Made by a program: the position numbers and the translations under genes. Shown one piece after another: positions 1-9,993 of a DNA stretch of 30,528 nucleotides (positions within the stretch are counted from its first letter, which is position 1; every line of letters begins with the position of its first letter). The notes beneath the pieces were generated by a model. It saw only the letters and a program-made list of their open reading frames with translations, was not told the DNA's origin and did no database searches. The stretch is from Armatimonadota bacterium (GTDB lineage: Bacteria > Sysuimicrobiota > Sysuimicrobiia > Sysuimicrobiales > Humicultoraceae). Location: the NCBI GenBank assembly GCA_037446215.1, contig JBBIJB010000020.1, positions 1-30,528 of the forward strand, given 5' to 3'.

Positions 1-1428
1 TTCGGTATCTGGAAGGCCGGGGGCGTAGTGGTTCAGATCAACCCTCTCTACAAGGGGCGGGACCTGGCGTTCATCCTCAAGGACTCGGGCGCGCGGGTGG
101 CCGTCGGCATCTCGCGCCTCTATCGCGAGCTCCAAGAGGTGCGCTCGCACACCGATGTTCAGACGGCGCTCATCACAAACGTGCACGACTTCTTCCCCAG
201 GAAGTGGCGCCTCCTCTACGGCCTGATGAGGGCCAAGAAGGAGGGGGACGTGATGCCCGAGGGGCCGGGTGTGATGCCCTTCCTCTCGATGCTGCATGGG
301 CCGCGACTCGAGCTCCGCCCGGTGGTAAGCCCCGACGACCCCGCCGTGCTGCAATACACCGGGGGGACGACCGGGATCCCGAAGGCCGCCACGCTGACCC
401 ACCGCAGCATCGTCAGCAACTGCCTGCAGGCGAAGGCCTGGCTGACGGACCTGAAGGAAGGGGAGGAGCGGATACTCTCGGTGGTGCCGTTCTTCCACGT
501 CTACGGCATGTCGATCTGCCTCATCCTCTCGACCGCCATCGCCGCGGCGAACATCATGCTCCTGATGAAGCTCTTCGAGGTGAAGACGGTGGTGGAGGCC
601 GTGCCGAAGTACCGGCCCACGATCTTCCCGGGCGTCCCGGCGATGTACAACGCCATCAACCAGCTCCGCGATGTGGAGAAATACGACCTCAAGTCGATCC
701 GGGCGTGCGTCTCCGGCGCAGCGCCCCTGCCGGCAGAGGTGCAGCGCAGGTTCGAGGAGCTGACCGGCGGGCGCCTCGTAGAGGGCTTCGGGATGTCGGA
801 GGCTTCGCCGCTGACGCACGGCAACCCGGTCTACGGCGTCCGCAAGGAGGGGTCGATCGGTGTCCCCATCTCCTCCACCGACGCCAGGATAGTGGACGCC
901 GAGACCGGAACCCGCGTCCTGGGAACCAACCAGGTGGGCGAGCTGGTCGTGCGCGGGCCCCAGGTCATGAAGGGCTACTGGGGCAACCCCACCGAGACGA
1001 GCCAGACGATCCGCGACGGGTGGCTGTTCACAGGCGACATGGCCCGGATGGACGAGGACGGCTACTTCTACATCGAGGACCGCAAGAAGGACATGGTCAA
1101 CATCGGCGGCCTCAAGGTCTTCCCGCGTGAGGTGGAGGAGATCCTCTACGAGCACCCGATGGTCCGCGACGTCGCCGTGGCCGGGATCAAGCACCGCCTG
1201 AGAGGCGAGCTCCTGGTGGCCCACGTCGTCCCCAAGGAGCCGGTCGAGGACGCGAGGACCTTCAAGCGCGACCTGCGCGACTTCTGCCTGCAGAAGCTGG
1301 CCGCCTACAAGGTCCCAAGGCGGTTCGAGATCGTCGCCGAGATCCCAAAGACCCTGCTGGGCAAGGCTCTGCGCAGGGACATCCGCGAGCGCGAGCTGCT
1401 GAGAGAGGACGTCTCCGAAGAGGAGTGA
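1..1428 (+). CDS. Long-chain-fatty-acid--CoA ligase (FadD/LcfA-like AMP-binding enzyme), 5'-truncated by the window edge
   Basis: The frame is open from base 1 ([17 protein letters not shown]...). It has the AMP-binding P-loop [20 protein letters not shown], and a C-terminal catalytic Lys (PKTLLGK). Stop TGA at 1426-1428. Confidence 0.9.
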   Translation, partial: FGIWKAGGVVVQINPLYKGRDLAFILKDSGARVAVGISRLYRELQEVRSHTDVQTALITNVHDFFPRKWRLLYGLMRAKKEGDVMPEGPGVMPFLSMLHGPRLELRPVVSPDDPAVLQYTGGTTGIPKAATLTHRSIVSNCLQAKAWLTDLKEGEERILSVVPFFHVYGMSICLILSTAIAAANIMLLMKLFEVKTVVEAVPKYRPTIFPGVPAMYNAINQLRDVEKYDLKSIRACVSGAAPLPAEVQRRFEELTGGRLVEGFGMSEASPLTHGNPVYGVRKEGSIGVPISSTDARIVDAETGTRVLGTNQVGELVVRGPQVMKGYWGNPTETSQTIRDGWLFTGDMARMDEDGYFYIEDRKKDMVNIGGLKVFPREVEEILYEHPMVRDVAVAGIKHRLRGELLVAHVVPKEPVEDARTFKRDLRDFCLQKLAAYKVPRRFEIVAEIPKTLLGKALRRDIRERELLREDVSEEE

Positions 1429-1447
1429 CCGCCCAGACGAGGCACCG

Positions 1448-1942
1448 ATGACCCAGGTAGCGTCTCCGCAGGTCGGCATCATCATGGGCAGCGCCTCGGA
1501 CCGCCCGGTCATGGAGGCCGCCTCGGAGGTACTCGCCGAGCTCGGCATACCGCACGAGGTCCGGGTTGTCTCTGCCCACCGGACGCCCGACTGGATGTTC
1601 CGGTACGCCGAGGAGGCCGAGGCGCGGGGCATCAAGGTGATCATCGCCGGCGCAGGCGGCGCCGCCCACCTGCCGGGGATGACCGCGGCCAAGACGGTGT
1701 TGCCGGTCATAGGCGTGCCGGTGCCCTCCGAGCAACTGCGCGGGCTCGACTCGCTCCTCTCGATAGTTCAGATGCCCGGCGGCGTCCCGGTGGCGACGGT
1801 CGCCATCGGCCGGGCCGGCGCGATCAACGCCGCGCTGCTCGCCGCGCGGATCCTGGGCGTCGCCGATCAGGAGGTAAGGGAGGCGGTCCGCCGCCGTCAG
1901 GAGGCCCAGGCGAGAGCGGTCCTCGATGCGGACCAAGGGTAG
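1448..1942 (+). CDS. purE: N5-carboxyaminoimidazole ribonucleotide mutase
   Basis: Motifs [25 protein letters not shown] and [10 protein letters not shown]; 164 aa. Confidence 0.97.
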   Translation: MTQVASPQVGIIMGSASDRPVMEAASEVLAELGIPHEVRVVSAHRTPDWMFRYAEEAEARGIKVIIAGAGGAAHLPGMTAAKTVLPVIGVPVPSEQLRGLDSLLSIVQMPGGVPVATVAIGRAGAINAALLAARILGVADQEVREAVRRRQEAQARAVLDADQG

Positions 1943-3092
1943 GGCGGCGGGGCTGCTCCCGGGAGGCGTCCTAGGCATCGTCGGCGGGGGCCAGCTTGGA
2001 AGGATGCTGGCGCTCGACGCGAGGCGGATGGGCTACGGGGTCGTCGTGCTCGATCCGTCTCAGGAGGCACCCGCCGCCGCGGTGGCGGACCACCACATAG
2101 CGGCTCCCTTCGACGACGCGCGGGCGGCTGCGGAGCTCGCGGAGCGCTCGGGCGTCGTAACCTTCGAGGTCGAGCACGTGCCGGTTGAGTGCGCGCGGGT
2201 GGCGGCGAAGAGCCGGCCGGTACGCCCTTCGGTCGAGGCCCTGGCCGTCTGCCAGAACCGGGCGCGTGAGAAGGCGTTCCTGCGCGACCACGGCTTCCCG
2301 GTGGCGCCGTGGAGGGAGGCCGCCGATCCCTCAGGCCTGGAGGCCGCAGTGGCGGCTCTGGGCCTTCCCTGCCTCGTGAAGCTCCCCTTCTTCGGCTACG
2401 ACGGGCGTGGGCAGGCACGCGTCGAGGCAGCCGAAGATCTGGTCGGCGCCGCGGCGCTCGGCTTCGGGCGCGGGCCGCTCGTGGTTGAGCGCGTCGTGCC
2501 GTTTGCCTTCGAGGTCGCGGCGCTGGTCGCTCGCGGCCTGGACGGCGCGGTTCGGAACTACCCCCTCGTGCATACGACTCACGACGCGGGCATCCTGGCC
2601 TCGGCCGTCGCGCCGGCGACCGTGCCGGTGGCGGTGGCCGATCGCGCGGCAAAGATGGCCGCGTCGATCGCGTGCGCGCTGGGGCTTGTGGGCGTGCTCG
2701 CGGTCGAGATGTTCGTCCTCGACGGAGGGGTGCTGCTCGTGAACGAGCTGGCCCCGCGCCCCCACAACTCCGGCCACTACACGATCAACGCCTGCGCGAC
2801 GTCGCAGTTCGAGCAGCACCTGCGCGCCGTGTGCGGCCTGCCCCTCGGCGAGACCGCGCTGCTCTCGCCCGCGGCGATGGTGAACCTGCTCGGCGACCGC
2901 ACGGGCTCTGTGCGGCTGGTCGGCGTCGAGGAGGCGCTTCGTGAGCCGGGCACGTCGCTCCACCTCTACGGAAAGGCGGAGGCCTGGCCACGCCGCAAGA
3001 TGGGCCACCTGACAGCGCTTGGGGCTTCGCCCGACGAGGCGCTGGCAAGGGCCGCGCGGGCCGCCGCGTCGCTCCGCTGGGAGCCTGCCTAG
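1926..3092 (+). CDS. purK: N5-carboxyaminoimidazole ribonucleotide synthase (ATP-grasp)
   Basis: Motifs [36 protein letters not shown] and RKMGH. Overlaps the end of purE; exact start uncertain. Confidence 0.95.
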   Translation: MRTKGRAAGLLPGGVLGIVGGGQLGRMLALDARRMGYGVVVLDPSQEAPAAAVADHHIAAPFDDARAAAELAERSGVVTFEVEHVPVECARVAAKSRPVRPSVEALAVCQNRAREKAFLRDHGFPVAPWREAADPSGLEAAVAALGLPCLVKLPFFGYDGRGQARVEAAEDLVGAAALGFGRGPLVVERVVPFAFEVAALVARGLDGAVRNYPLVHTTHDAGILASAVAPATVPVAVADRAAKMAASIACALGLVGVLAVEMFVLDGGVLLVNELAPRPHNSGHYTINACATSQFEQHLRAVCGLPLGETALLSPAAMVNLLGDRTGSVRLVGVEEALREPGTSLHLYGKAEAWPRRKMGHLTALGASPDEALARAARAAASLRWEPA

Positions 3093-3105
3093 GCCGGCCT
3101 CCGGA

Positions 3106-4671
3106 CTAGTGGCGGAAGTGCCGCCGGCCCGTGATCACCATGGCGATGCCAAGGCGCTCGGCCGCCCGTACGACCTCGGCGTCTCGGATGGAGCCGCCCG
3201 GCTGGATCACCGCCGTCACCCCTGCCGCGGCCGCGGCCTCGATGCCGTCGGCGAAGGGGAAGAACCCGTCTGATGCGGCCGAGGCGCCCTGCGCGCGCTC
3301 TTGGGCCTTGTGCGCCGCCAGGCGCACGCTGTCCACTCGGCTCATCTGTCCGGCGCCCACGCCGACCACCTGGCGGTCCCTGGATAGCACGATCGCGTTC
3401 GACTTCACATGGGCGCAGACGGCCCAGGCGAGGCGGAGATCCTCCCACTCCGCTTCGGTCGGGGCGCGGCCGGTGGCCACCTGCCAGCCGCTCTCGTCCC
3501 CTCCGATCGCGTCCGGCTCCTGAACCAGAAGGCCGCCGGCAACGCTCCGGAACTCCAGGTCCGGCCGCCGCCTCGCTCCTTCATCCTCCCGAGGATCCCC
3601 CGCTGCCAGCACCTTCAGGCCTCTCTTCGAGGCGAGGAGAGCCAGCGCGTCCGAATCGACCGACGGCGCGATGACCGCGTCCGCGTAGAGTCCTGCTATG
3701 GCCTCCGCGGCCGTGAGATCGATGCCGGCGTTGGCGGCGACTATCCCCCCGAAAGCGGAGACAGGGTCGCCGCCCAGGGCCCGTTCGAGCGCCTCGCGCG
3801 TGGCGGTGCCGACCGCGGCCCCGCACGGGTTCATGTGCTTGACGACGGCCGCGGCGGGCCGCGGCAGGTCGCTGACGATGGCCCACGCGGCCTCGAGGTC
3901 GGCGATGTTGTTGTACGAGAGGGCAGGGCCGGCCAGCAGCCTAGCTCCGATCACCTGCGCTTGCGCGGGTGAGCCGCCCTCGTAGAGCGCGGCCTGCTGG
4001 TGCGGGTTCTCTCCGTAGCGGAGCACCGCCCGCCTGTTGAACGTCAAGGTCAAACGCTCGGGAAACGGCGCCTGGCCCGCGGCGCGCTGGAAGTACGACG
4101 CGATGGCCGCGTCGTAGGCGGCCACCCGCGCGAACGCCTCGGCGGCGAGGCGGAGCCGCAGCTCATCGGGGATGTCCCGGCCCGACCCGACGGCCGCGAT
4201 CACCTCCTGGTACTGGCCTGGATCGCACAGCACGGTAACCCTGGCCCAGTTCTTCGCCGCCGCGCGCAGCAGCGTGACGCCTCCTATGTCGATCTCCTCG
4301 ACCATCTCCGCCATCGCGTCGCCCCTTGCCTCGGCCTGCTCGAAGGGGTAGAGGGTGACGGCCACGAGGTCGATCGGCTCTATGGAGTGGCGCGCGATCT
4401 CGTCGAGGTCATCCGGGGTGCCGCGGGCCAGCAGGCCCGCGGCAACGGCCGGGTGCAGCGTCTTGACTCGGCCTCCCAGCAGCTCCGGGACTCCGGTCAC
4501 CTGCTCGAGCGGGCGCACGGGCAGCCCCGACTCCCGCAGGTGCGCCGCGGTCCCCCCGGTAGAGATGATCTCGGCACCGGCCTCGTGGAGGGCACGGGCA
4601 AGGGCGGCTATCCCCTTCTTGTCGGAAACGCTAAGCAGTGCCCGCCTGCTGGATCCCACCTTCTGCCACAC
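3106..4671 (-). CDS. purH: Bifunctional AICAR transformylase / IMP cyclohydrolase
   Basis: Motifs RALLSVSDK, STGGT, GRVKTLHP, IDIGG, LRYGENPHQ, KHMNPCG, GAGQMSRVDS and C-terminal RHFRH. Start set at GTG 4671 (alternative GTG 4659); the ORF-track extension to 5019 overlaps purN. Confidence 0.95.
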   Translation of the reverse strand: MWQKVGSSRRALLSVSDKKGIAALARALHEAGAEIISTGGTAAHLRESGLPVRPLEQVTGVPELLGGRVKTLHPAVAAGLLARGTPDDLDEIARHSIEPIDLVAVTLYPFEQAEARGDAMAEMVEEIDIGGVTLLRAAAKNWARVTVLCDPGQYQEVIAAVGSGRDIPDELRLRLAAEAFARVAAYDAAIASYFQRAAGQAPFPERLTLTFNRRAVLRYGENPHQQAALYEGGSPAQAQVIGARLLAGPALSYNNIADLEAAWAIVSDLPRPAAAVVKHMNPCGAAVGTATREALERALGGDPVSAFGGIVAANAGIDLTAAEAIAGLYADAVIAPSVDSDALALLASKRGLKVLAAGDPREDEGARRRPDLEFRSVAGGLLVQEPDAIGGDESGWQVATGRAPTEAEWEDLRLAWAVCAHVKSNAIVLSRDRQVVGVGAGQMSRVDSVRLAAHKAQERAQGASAASDGFFPFADGIEAAAAAGVTAVIQPGGSIRDAEVVRAAERLGIAMVITGRRHFRH

Positions 4672-5293
4672 CTGCCTTCCACCTTGGCCACCCTGCCTCC
4701 AACTCGACGAGGCCCCCGGCGAGCCAGCGCACCGCTTCGACGTAGAGCCTCCGCTCCTCGAACTGGACCCTCGCGGCCAGGCTCCCCGGCGTGTCGCCGT
4801 CCAGCACCGGAACCGAGGCCTGCGCCAAGATCGGTCCGCCGTCTGGGACCTCGTTGACGACGTGGATCGTGCAGCCCGAGATCGCGGCCCCGGACTCAAG
4901 TACCGCCCGGTGCACCCGTTCCCCGTACATCCCCTTGCCGCCGAACGCCGGCAGCAGCGCCGGGTGGACGTTGAGGATGCGCCCGGGGTAGCGGCCGACG
5001 AACGCCGCGGATAGCACACGTAGGAACCCGGCCAGGCACACGAGGTAGGGATCCTGGGCGGCGACGGTCGCCGCCAGCTCCTCCTCGAACTCCTCGGCCG
5101 TGCGGCGCCTGTGGTCTATGAGGATCGCCGGTATGCCCGCGCGCCTGCCGCGCTCGAGCGCCGTGGCGCCGGGCGTGTTGCAGATCACCGCGGCCACCGC
5201 TAGGCCCTCCCGTGCTCCGCCGGGCGGGAAGGCGTCCAGCAAGGCCTGCAGCGTCGTACCGCCTCCTGATGCCAGCACGACCAGCCGCCTCAT
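4631..5293 (-). CDS. purN: Phosphoribosylglycinamide formyltransferase
   Basis: Motifs MRRLVVLASGGGTTLQ, LAGFLRVL, ILNVHPALLPAFGG, SGCTIH and DGGPI. ATG 5293 overlaps the purM stop (ATGA). This is the C-terminal part of track ORF 4631..6592. Confidence 0.95.
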   Translation of the reverse strand: MRRLVVLASGGGTTLQALLDAFPPGGAREGLAVAAVICNTPGATALERGRRAGIPAILIDHRRRTAEEFEEELAATVAAQDPYLVCLAGFLRVLSAAFVGRYPGRILNVHPALLPAFGGKGMYGERVHRAVLESGAAISGCTIHVVNEVPDGGPILAQASVPVLDGDTPGSLAARVQFEERRLYVEAVRWLAGGLVELEAGWPRWKAGVAEGGIQQAGTA

Positions 5294-6330
5294 GAGATCT
5301 CCACGCCGCGGACGCCCTGGACGATCTCGCCGATCTGGTACGCCTCGGTGCCCAGGGCCTCGAAGTGCTCGATCGTGTGGTCGGCGTGCCCTGCGGGCAC
5401 CACTACGGCCATCCCGATGCCGAGATTGAAGGCCCTGACCATCTCCTCCTCCGGGATGCCGCCCTTGCCCTGGAGCCAGGCGAAGACCGGAGGGCGAGGC
5501 CATCCCGCCCTCAGGCGGGCGCGGCAGCCCTCCGGAAGGACACGCGCCAGGTTGTCCACGATCCCTCCGCCGGTGATGTGCGCGATCCCGGCCACCGGGA
5601 TCGAGTCCAGCAGCGCGAGCATACCGGGCGCGTAGCACAGGTGGGGCGCCAGCAGCGCGTCGCCGGCACTGGTGCCCAGGGCGTCGTCGTACGCCTCGGG
5701 CGAGATCCCGCACTCCTCGAGGACCCTTCGTGCCAGCGAGTAGCCGTTGGTGTGGAGGCCGGATGAGGCCAGGCCCACCACCCGGTTGCCCGGACGAATC
5801 CCGGCGCCGTCCACCAGCCGGTCCGGCGGCAGAGTGCCGATCATCGTGCCCGCTACGTCGTAGGCCCCGTCCCTGTAGACATCCGGCATCTCGGCGGTCT
5901 CGCCCCCGAGGAGTGCTATGCCGAGAGCCCTGCAGGCCTCGGCCATCGCCCGGACGATCGCGGCGGTCACCGAGGGGACCAGCCTTCCCATGGCGATGTA
6001 GTCCAGGAACGCGATGGCGCGGGCTCCGATGGCGACGAGGTCGTTTGCGCAGTGGGCGACGATGTCGGCCCCGACGACGCCGTCTCGGCCCATCCGGTGG
6101 GCGAGCAGTGTCTTGGTGCCGACGCCGTCGGTGGTGGCCGCGAGCAGCACCGCCCCGGCCGGGCGCAGGCGCACGGCCCCGGCGAACGCTCCAACGCCGG
6201 CGACCACGTCCGCGCCGTGGGTCGAGGCGATGACGGGAGCCAGCCCCGCGAGCAGCCCGGACTTGGCCGAGATATCCACGCCCGCGTCGCCGTAGGTTAG
6301 CCTGGGGCCTCCCGTGCCGCCGCCTCTCAC
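5290..6330 (-). CDS. purM: Phosphoribosylformylglycinamidine cyclo-ligase (AIR synthetase)
   Basis: Motifs TYGDAGVD, TDGVGTK, FLDYIA, GGETAEMP, SSGLHTNGYSL, AHITGGG and FNLGIGM. GTG 6330 overlaps the purF stop (GTGA). Confidence 0.95.
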   Translation of the reverse strand: MRGGGTGGPRLTYGDAGVDISAKSGLLAGLAPVIASTHGADVVAGVGAFAGAVRLRPAGAVLLAATTDGVGTKTLLAHRMGRDGVVGADIVAHCANDLVAIGARAIAFLDYIAMGRLVPSVTAAIVRAMAEACRALGIALLGGETAEMPDVYRDGAYDVAGTMIGTLPPDRLVDGAGIRPGNRVVGLASSGLHTNGYSLARRVLEECGISPEAYDDALGTSAGDALLAPHLCYAPGMLALLDSIPVAGIAHITGGGIVDNLARVLPEGCRARLRAGWPRPPVFAWLQGKGGIPEEEMVRAFNLGIGMAVVVPAGHADHTIEHFEALGTEAYQIGEIVQGVRGVEIS

Positions 6331-7784
6331 TGCCCGCCCGTCCCTGCCGGCGAAGGCGCGAACGGCTCCAGGGCCGCCCGTCCTGCCTCCTCTTCGGTAG
6401 GCAGCCGGGTCGGGTAGTTGCCGTCCAGGCACGCCATGCACAGCCTGGCGGCGGGGAGCGCCAGGGCCTCCACCAGCCCCTCCTGGCTGAGGTACCCGAG
6501 CGAGTCGGCGTCGATGAGCCGCCTGATCGACTCCACGTCGACGCGGGAGGCGACCAGCTCGCCGCGGCTGCTGGTGTCGATCCCATAGACACACGGATAG
6601 CGGATCGGGGGCGAGGAGATCCTCATGTGCACCTCGCGCGCGCCGCACGCCCTCAGCATCCGAACGATGCGCCCGGAGGTCGTGCCGCGCACGATCGAGT
6701 CGTCGACGAGGACCACCCGCCTCCCCGCGATCACCTCCAGGTTGGGGTTGAGCTTGAGGCGCACTCCGAAGTCCCGCGTTGCCTGATCGGGCTGGATGAA
6801 GGTTCGGCCTATGTAGCGGTTCTTTATGAGCCCTACCTCGATCGGCAGCCCCGCGGTCTCGGCGAAGCCCATCGCGGCGGAGGTGCCCGAGTCCGGGACG
6901 GCGATGACGATTTCCGCGGGCGCCGGGTGCTCGCGCGCCAGGATGCGGCCCATCCGCCGCCTGGCCTTGTGCACGTTGCGCCCGCGCAGCACCGAGTCGG
7001 GCCGCGCGAAGTAGATGTACTCGAAGACGCAGTGCGCGGGGCGCCCGGCGGGGAGGGCCTGGTGCATGTGGAGCCCTGCTTGATCGATCACCACCAGCTG
7101 CCCCGGGTCGACCTCGCTGATGCGGTCCGCGCCGATGTGATCGAAGGCGCACGACTCGCTCGCAAGCGCCAGGAAGCCCGGCCCCCTCCCCACGGCGAGA
7201 GGGCGGATCGCGTGGACGTCGCTGAGCCCGTAGAGCCGACCGCCGGCTAACGCCGCCACGGTGTAGGCGCCTTCGATGCGGCCCATCGCGTACGAGATTG
7301 CCTCCTCGATAGATCCCGCCGGGGCCCGGGCTATCAGTTGCGCCACGATCTCGCTGTCAGAGGTGCCGCTGAAGGAGACGCCTTGGACCTCCATCTCGCG
7401 GCGGAGGGCCGGCGCGTTTATCAAGTTGCCGTTGTGGGAGATCGCGACCGGCCCCCAGGGGGAGGGCGCGGCATGGGGCTGCGCGTTCTCTATCCGCGCC
7501 GACCCCATGGTGGCGTACCTGACGTGGCCGATGGCCACTGCCCCGGACAGCGAGGTGATCCTATCGCGGTCGAAGACGTTGGCGGCGAGTCCCATTCCCC
7601 GGTGAAGCCTCAGGAGCTCCCCGTCCAGTGCCGCTATCCCGGCGCTCTCCTGCCCGCGGTGCTGGAGGGCGTACAGCGCGACGTGGACCAGCGGCGCGGC
7701 CTGCTGCCCGTCCGTGCAGAACACGCCGCAGACCCCGCACTCCTCCTTCCAGCCCCGGTCCGAGACGCGCTCCGCGTATTCCAT
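6327..7784 (-). CDS. purF: Amidophosphoribosyltransferase (Fe-S, propeptide type)
   Basis: Motifs EECGVCG, LQHRGQE, GHVRY, HNGN, PRPP-binding VLVDDSIVRGTT, and Cys ligands HCVFE, PCVYGID and CMAC. Confidence 0.97.
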   Translation of the reverse strand: MEYAERVSDRGWKEECGVCGVFCTDGQQAAPLVHVALYALQHRGQESAGIAALDGELLRLHRGMGLAANVFDRDRITSLSGAVAIGHVRYATMGSARIENAQPHAAPSPWGPVAISHNGNLINAPALRREMEVQGVSFSGTSDSEIVAQLIARAPAGSIEEAISYAMGRIEGAYTVAALAGGRLYGLSDVHAIRPLAVGRGPGFLALASESCAFDHIGADRISEVDPGQLVVIDQAGLHMHQALPAGRPAHCVFEYIYFARPDSVLRGRNVHKARRRMGRILAREHPAPAEIVIAVPDSGTSAAMGFAETAGLPIEVGLIKNRYIGRTFIQPDQATRDFGVRLKLNPNLEVIAGRRVVLVDDSIVRGTTSGRIVRMLRACGAREVHMRISSPPIRYPCVYGIDTSSRGELVASRVDVESIRRLIDADSLGYLSQEGLVEALALPAARLCMACLDGNYPTRLPTEEEAGRAALEPFAPSPAGTGGQ

Positions 7785-7785
7785 C

Positions 7786-9993
7786 CTAGGCCTCCAGGCC
7801 GCCCCACGCCGCGGTGAGCGATTCCACGGCCAGATCGATCGACTCCCCGCAGGTGCAGGACTCGGGCGGCGAGACGCGCAGCGCTTCGCCGCCGGTCCTC
7901 CCGAGCACTGTCACCGGCACCCCCCGCGACGCCGCGACCGCTGCCAGCTCTTCCGCGTGGCGCGGCCTTACCGAGACCACGAAGCGTGCGGGGCCTTCTC
8001 CGAAGCATGTGCGGTGATCCAGCGCCATCGTGACCTCGGCTCCCCGGCGGCCGAGCACGCACTCCTCGGCCAGCGCGACCAGGAGCCCACCGTCGCTGCA
8101 GTCATGGGCCGACTCGACCAGCCCGAGGCGGACCGCCTCCCGAATACACGACAGGGTGGCCGCCGACTCCCCGAGCGCAGGATCACTGGGGCGTCCGCGC
8201 GGAGCCGAGCCCGCCGCCTTCTCGTAGAGGGTGGCGCACAGGGTCGTCCCGCCGTGTCCGACCAGCAGCACGACGTTCCCGTCTCGGCGAAACCCAGTCC
8301 ACGGCCGGCCAGCGACCTCCTCCACCAACCCGACCATCCCTATCACCGGGGTCGGGAAGACGGCCCGGTCTCCGCCGCCCTCGGCCTCGTTGTAGAACGA
8401 GACGTTGCCGCCTATGACCGGTATCCCGAGGGCGCGGCAGGCGTCCGAGATCCCATCTATGACCTCGCGGAATGCCCAGAAGACCTCCGGCCGCTCAGGG
8501 TTCCCGAAGTTCAGGCAGTCGGTAACGGCCAGGGGCTCCGCGCCCACGCAGGCCAGGTTCGCCGCGGCCTCCAGGACGCAGAGCGCGGCTCCCCGTCGAG
8601 GGTCCGCCCTGCACCAGCGGGAGTTGCCGTCGGCCGACAGCGCCAGTCCCAGCGGCGCGGCCTCGAGCAGCCGCAAGACCGCCGCGTCGCCGCCCGGAGG
8701 AACGATCGTCCGCACTCCGACCATGTGGTCGTACTGCTCGAAGACGGCGCGCTTGCTCGCCACATCCGGATGGCCGAGCAGCGAGAGCAGGACCGCACCG
8801 GCCGGGGCGGCCACCGCGGCCGGATCCATGCCCCAGCGGGAGGCGAGATCCTCCGGCGGGCACACCGGCGGGTCGTACTCCGGCGCGCTGGCGACGAGCT
8901 CGGGCGGCAGGTCCACGATCTCCCGCCCCAGGCTTGTGATACGCAGCCGAGGCTGTGCGGTGACCGCGCCGATCACCTGGGCGGCGAGGCCCCACCTGTG
9001 GTAGATCGCCGCCACCCTCTCGGCGTCCTCGCGCCCCGCCACCAGCAGCATACGCTCCTGGGACTCGCTTAGGAGGATCTCCTCGGGCCGCATGCCTTCC
9101 TCTCGCAGCGGGATCAGGTCGAGATCGATCGTCATCCCAACCCCGCCGCGCGCCGACATCTCGCTCGCCGCGCACGTCAGCCCGGCCGCCCCCATGTCCT
9201 GCAGCGCGATGACGGCGCCGGTCTCCAGCGCTTCCAGCGTGGCCTCTATGAGCGACTTCCCCGTGAAGGGGTCGCCCATCTGTACCGAGGCGCGGTCCAG
9301 GGAGTGGCGGCCCTCGTCCAGCTCGGCCGAGGCGAACGCCGCTCCGCCGATTCCATCGCGCCCTGTGCGAGCGCCCGCGTAGACCACCGCGTTGCCGGGG
9401 CCGGATGCGGCCGAGCGCGCCACCCGATCCGTTCGCACCAGGCCGAGGCAGGCTACGTTTACCAGGGGGTTGTCGCGGTAGCAGGACTCGGCGACCACCT
9501 CGCCTCCCACGGTGGGCACGCCGATGGCGTTGCCGTAGCCGGCGATTCCGGCCACCACCCCATCGAAGAGGCGGCGTGAGCGCGGCTCCTCCAGCGGGCC
9601 GAACCGCAGCGAGTCCAGCAGGGCCACGGGCCGGGCGCCCATCGCCAGCACATCGCGGATGATCCCGCCTATGCCGGTGGCCGCGCCGTTGTAGGGATCG
9701 ACGGCGCTGGGGTGGTTGTGGCTCTCCATCTTGAACGCCAGCGCCCATTGCGGGGTTATCGCCACGACACCCGCGTTCTCGCCCGGTCCGCCCAGCACCC
9801 GCGGCGAGTCGGAGGGCAGCCGCTTCAGGGCCTTCTTCGAGTGCTTGTAGCCGCAGTGCTCGGACCACATCACCCCGATCATCAGGGCCTCGATAGGGTT
9901 CGGATCGCGCCCCAGCCGCCTGCACGCCTCGCCGTAGTCCCGCGGGCTCAGCCCTGCCCGCGCGGCCGCATCGCTCACCGCCGCGGGGATCAC
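7786..9993 (-). CDS. purL: Phosphoribosylformylglycinamidine synthase subunit PurL (small type)
   Basis: Motifs MWSEHCGYK, ESHNHPS, GAATGIGGIIRD, QDMGAAG, SESQERM, DCLNFGNP and GGNVSFYN. GTG 9993 overlaps the purQ stop and has an upstream GGGGAG. Confidence 0.95.
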   Translation of the reverse strand: MIPAAVSDAAARAGLSPRDYGEACRRLGRDPNPIEALMIGVMWSEHCGYKHSKKALKRLPSDSPRVLGGPGENAGVVAITPQWALAFKMESHNHPSAVDPYNGAATGIGGIIRDVLAMGARPVALLDSLRFGPLEEPRSRRLFDGVVAGIAGYGNAIGVPTVGGEVVAESCYRDNPLVNVACLGLVRTDRVARSAASGPGNAVVYAGARTGRDGIGGAAFASAELDEGRHSLDRASVQMGDPFTGKSLIEATLEALETGAVIALQDMGAAGLTCAASEMSARGGVGMTIDLDLIPLREEGMRPEEILLSESQERMLLVAGREDAERVAAIYHRWGLAAQVIGAVTAQPRLRITSLGREIVDLPPELVASAPEYDPPVCPPEDLASRWGMDPAAVAAPAGAVLLSLLGHPDVASKRAVFEQYDHMVGVRTIVPPGGDAAVLRLLEAAPLGLALSADGNSRWCRADPRRGAALCVLEAAANLACVGAEPLAVTDCLNFGNPERPEVFWAFREVIDGISDACRALGIPVIGGNVSFYNEAEGGGDRAVFPTPVIGMVGLVEEVAGRPWTGFRRDGNVVLLVGHGGTTLCATLYEKAAGSAPRGRPSDPALGESAATLSCIREAVRLGLVESAHDCSDGGLLVALAEECVLGRRGAEVTMALDHRTCFGEGPARFVVSVRPRHAEELAAVAASRGVPVTVLGRTGGEALRVSPPESCTCGESIDLAVESLTAAWGGLEA

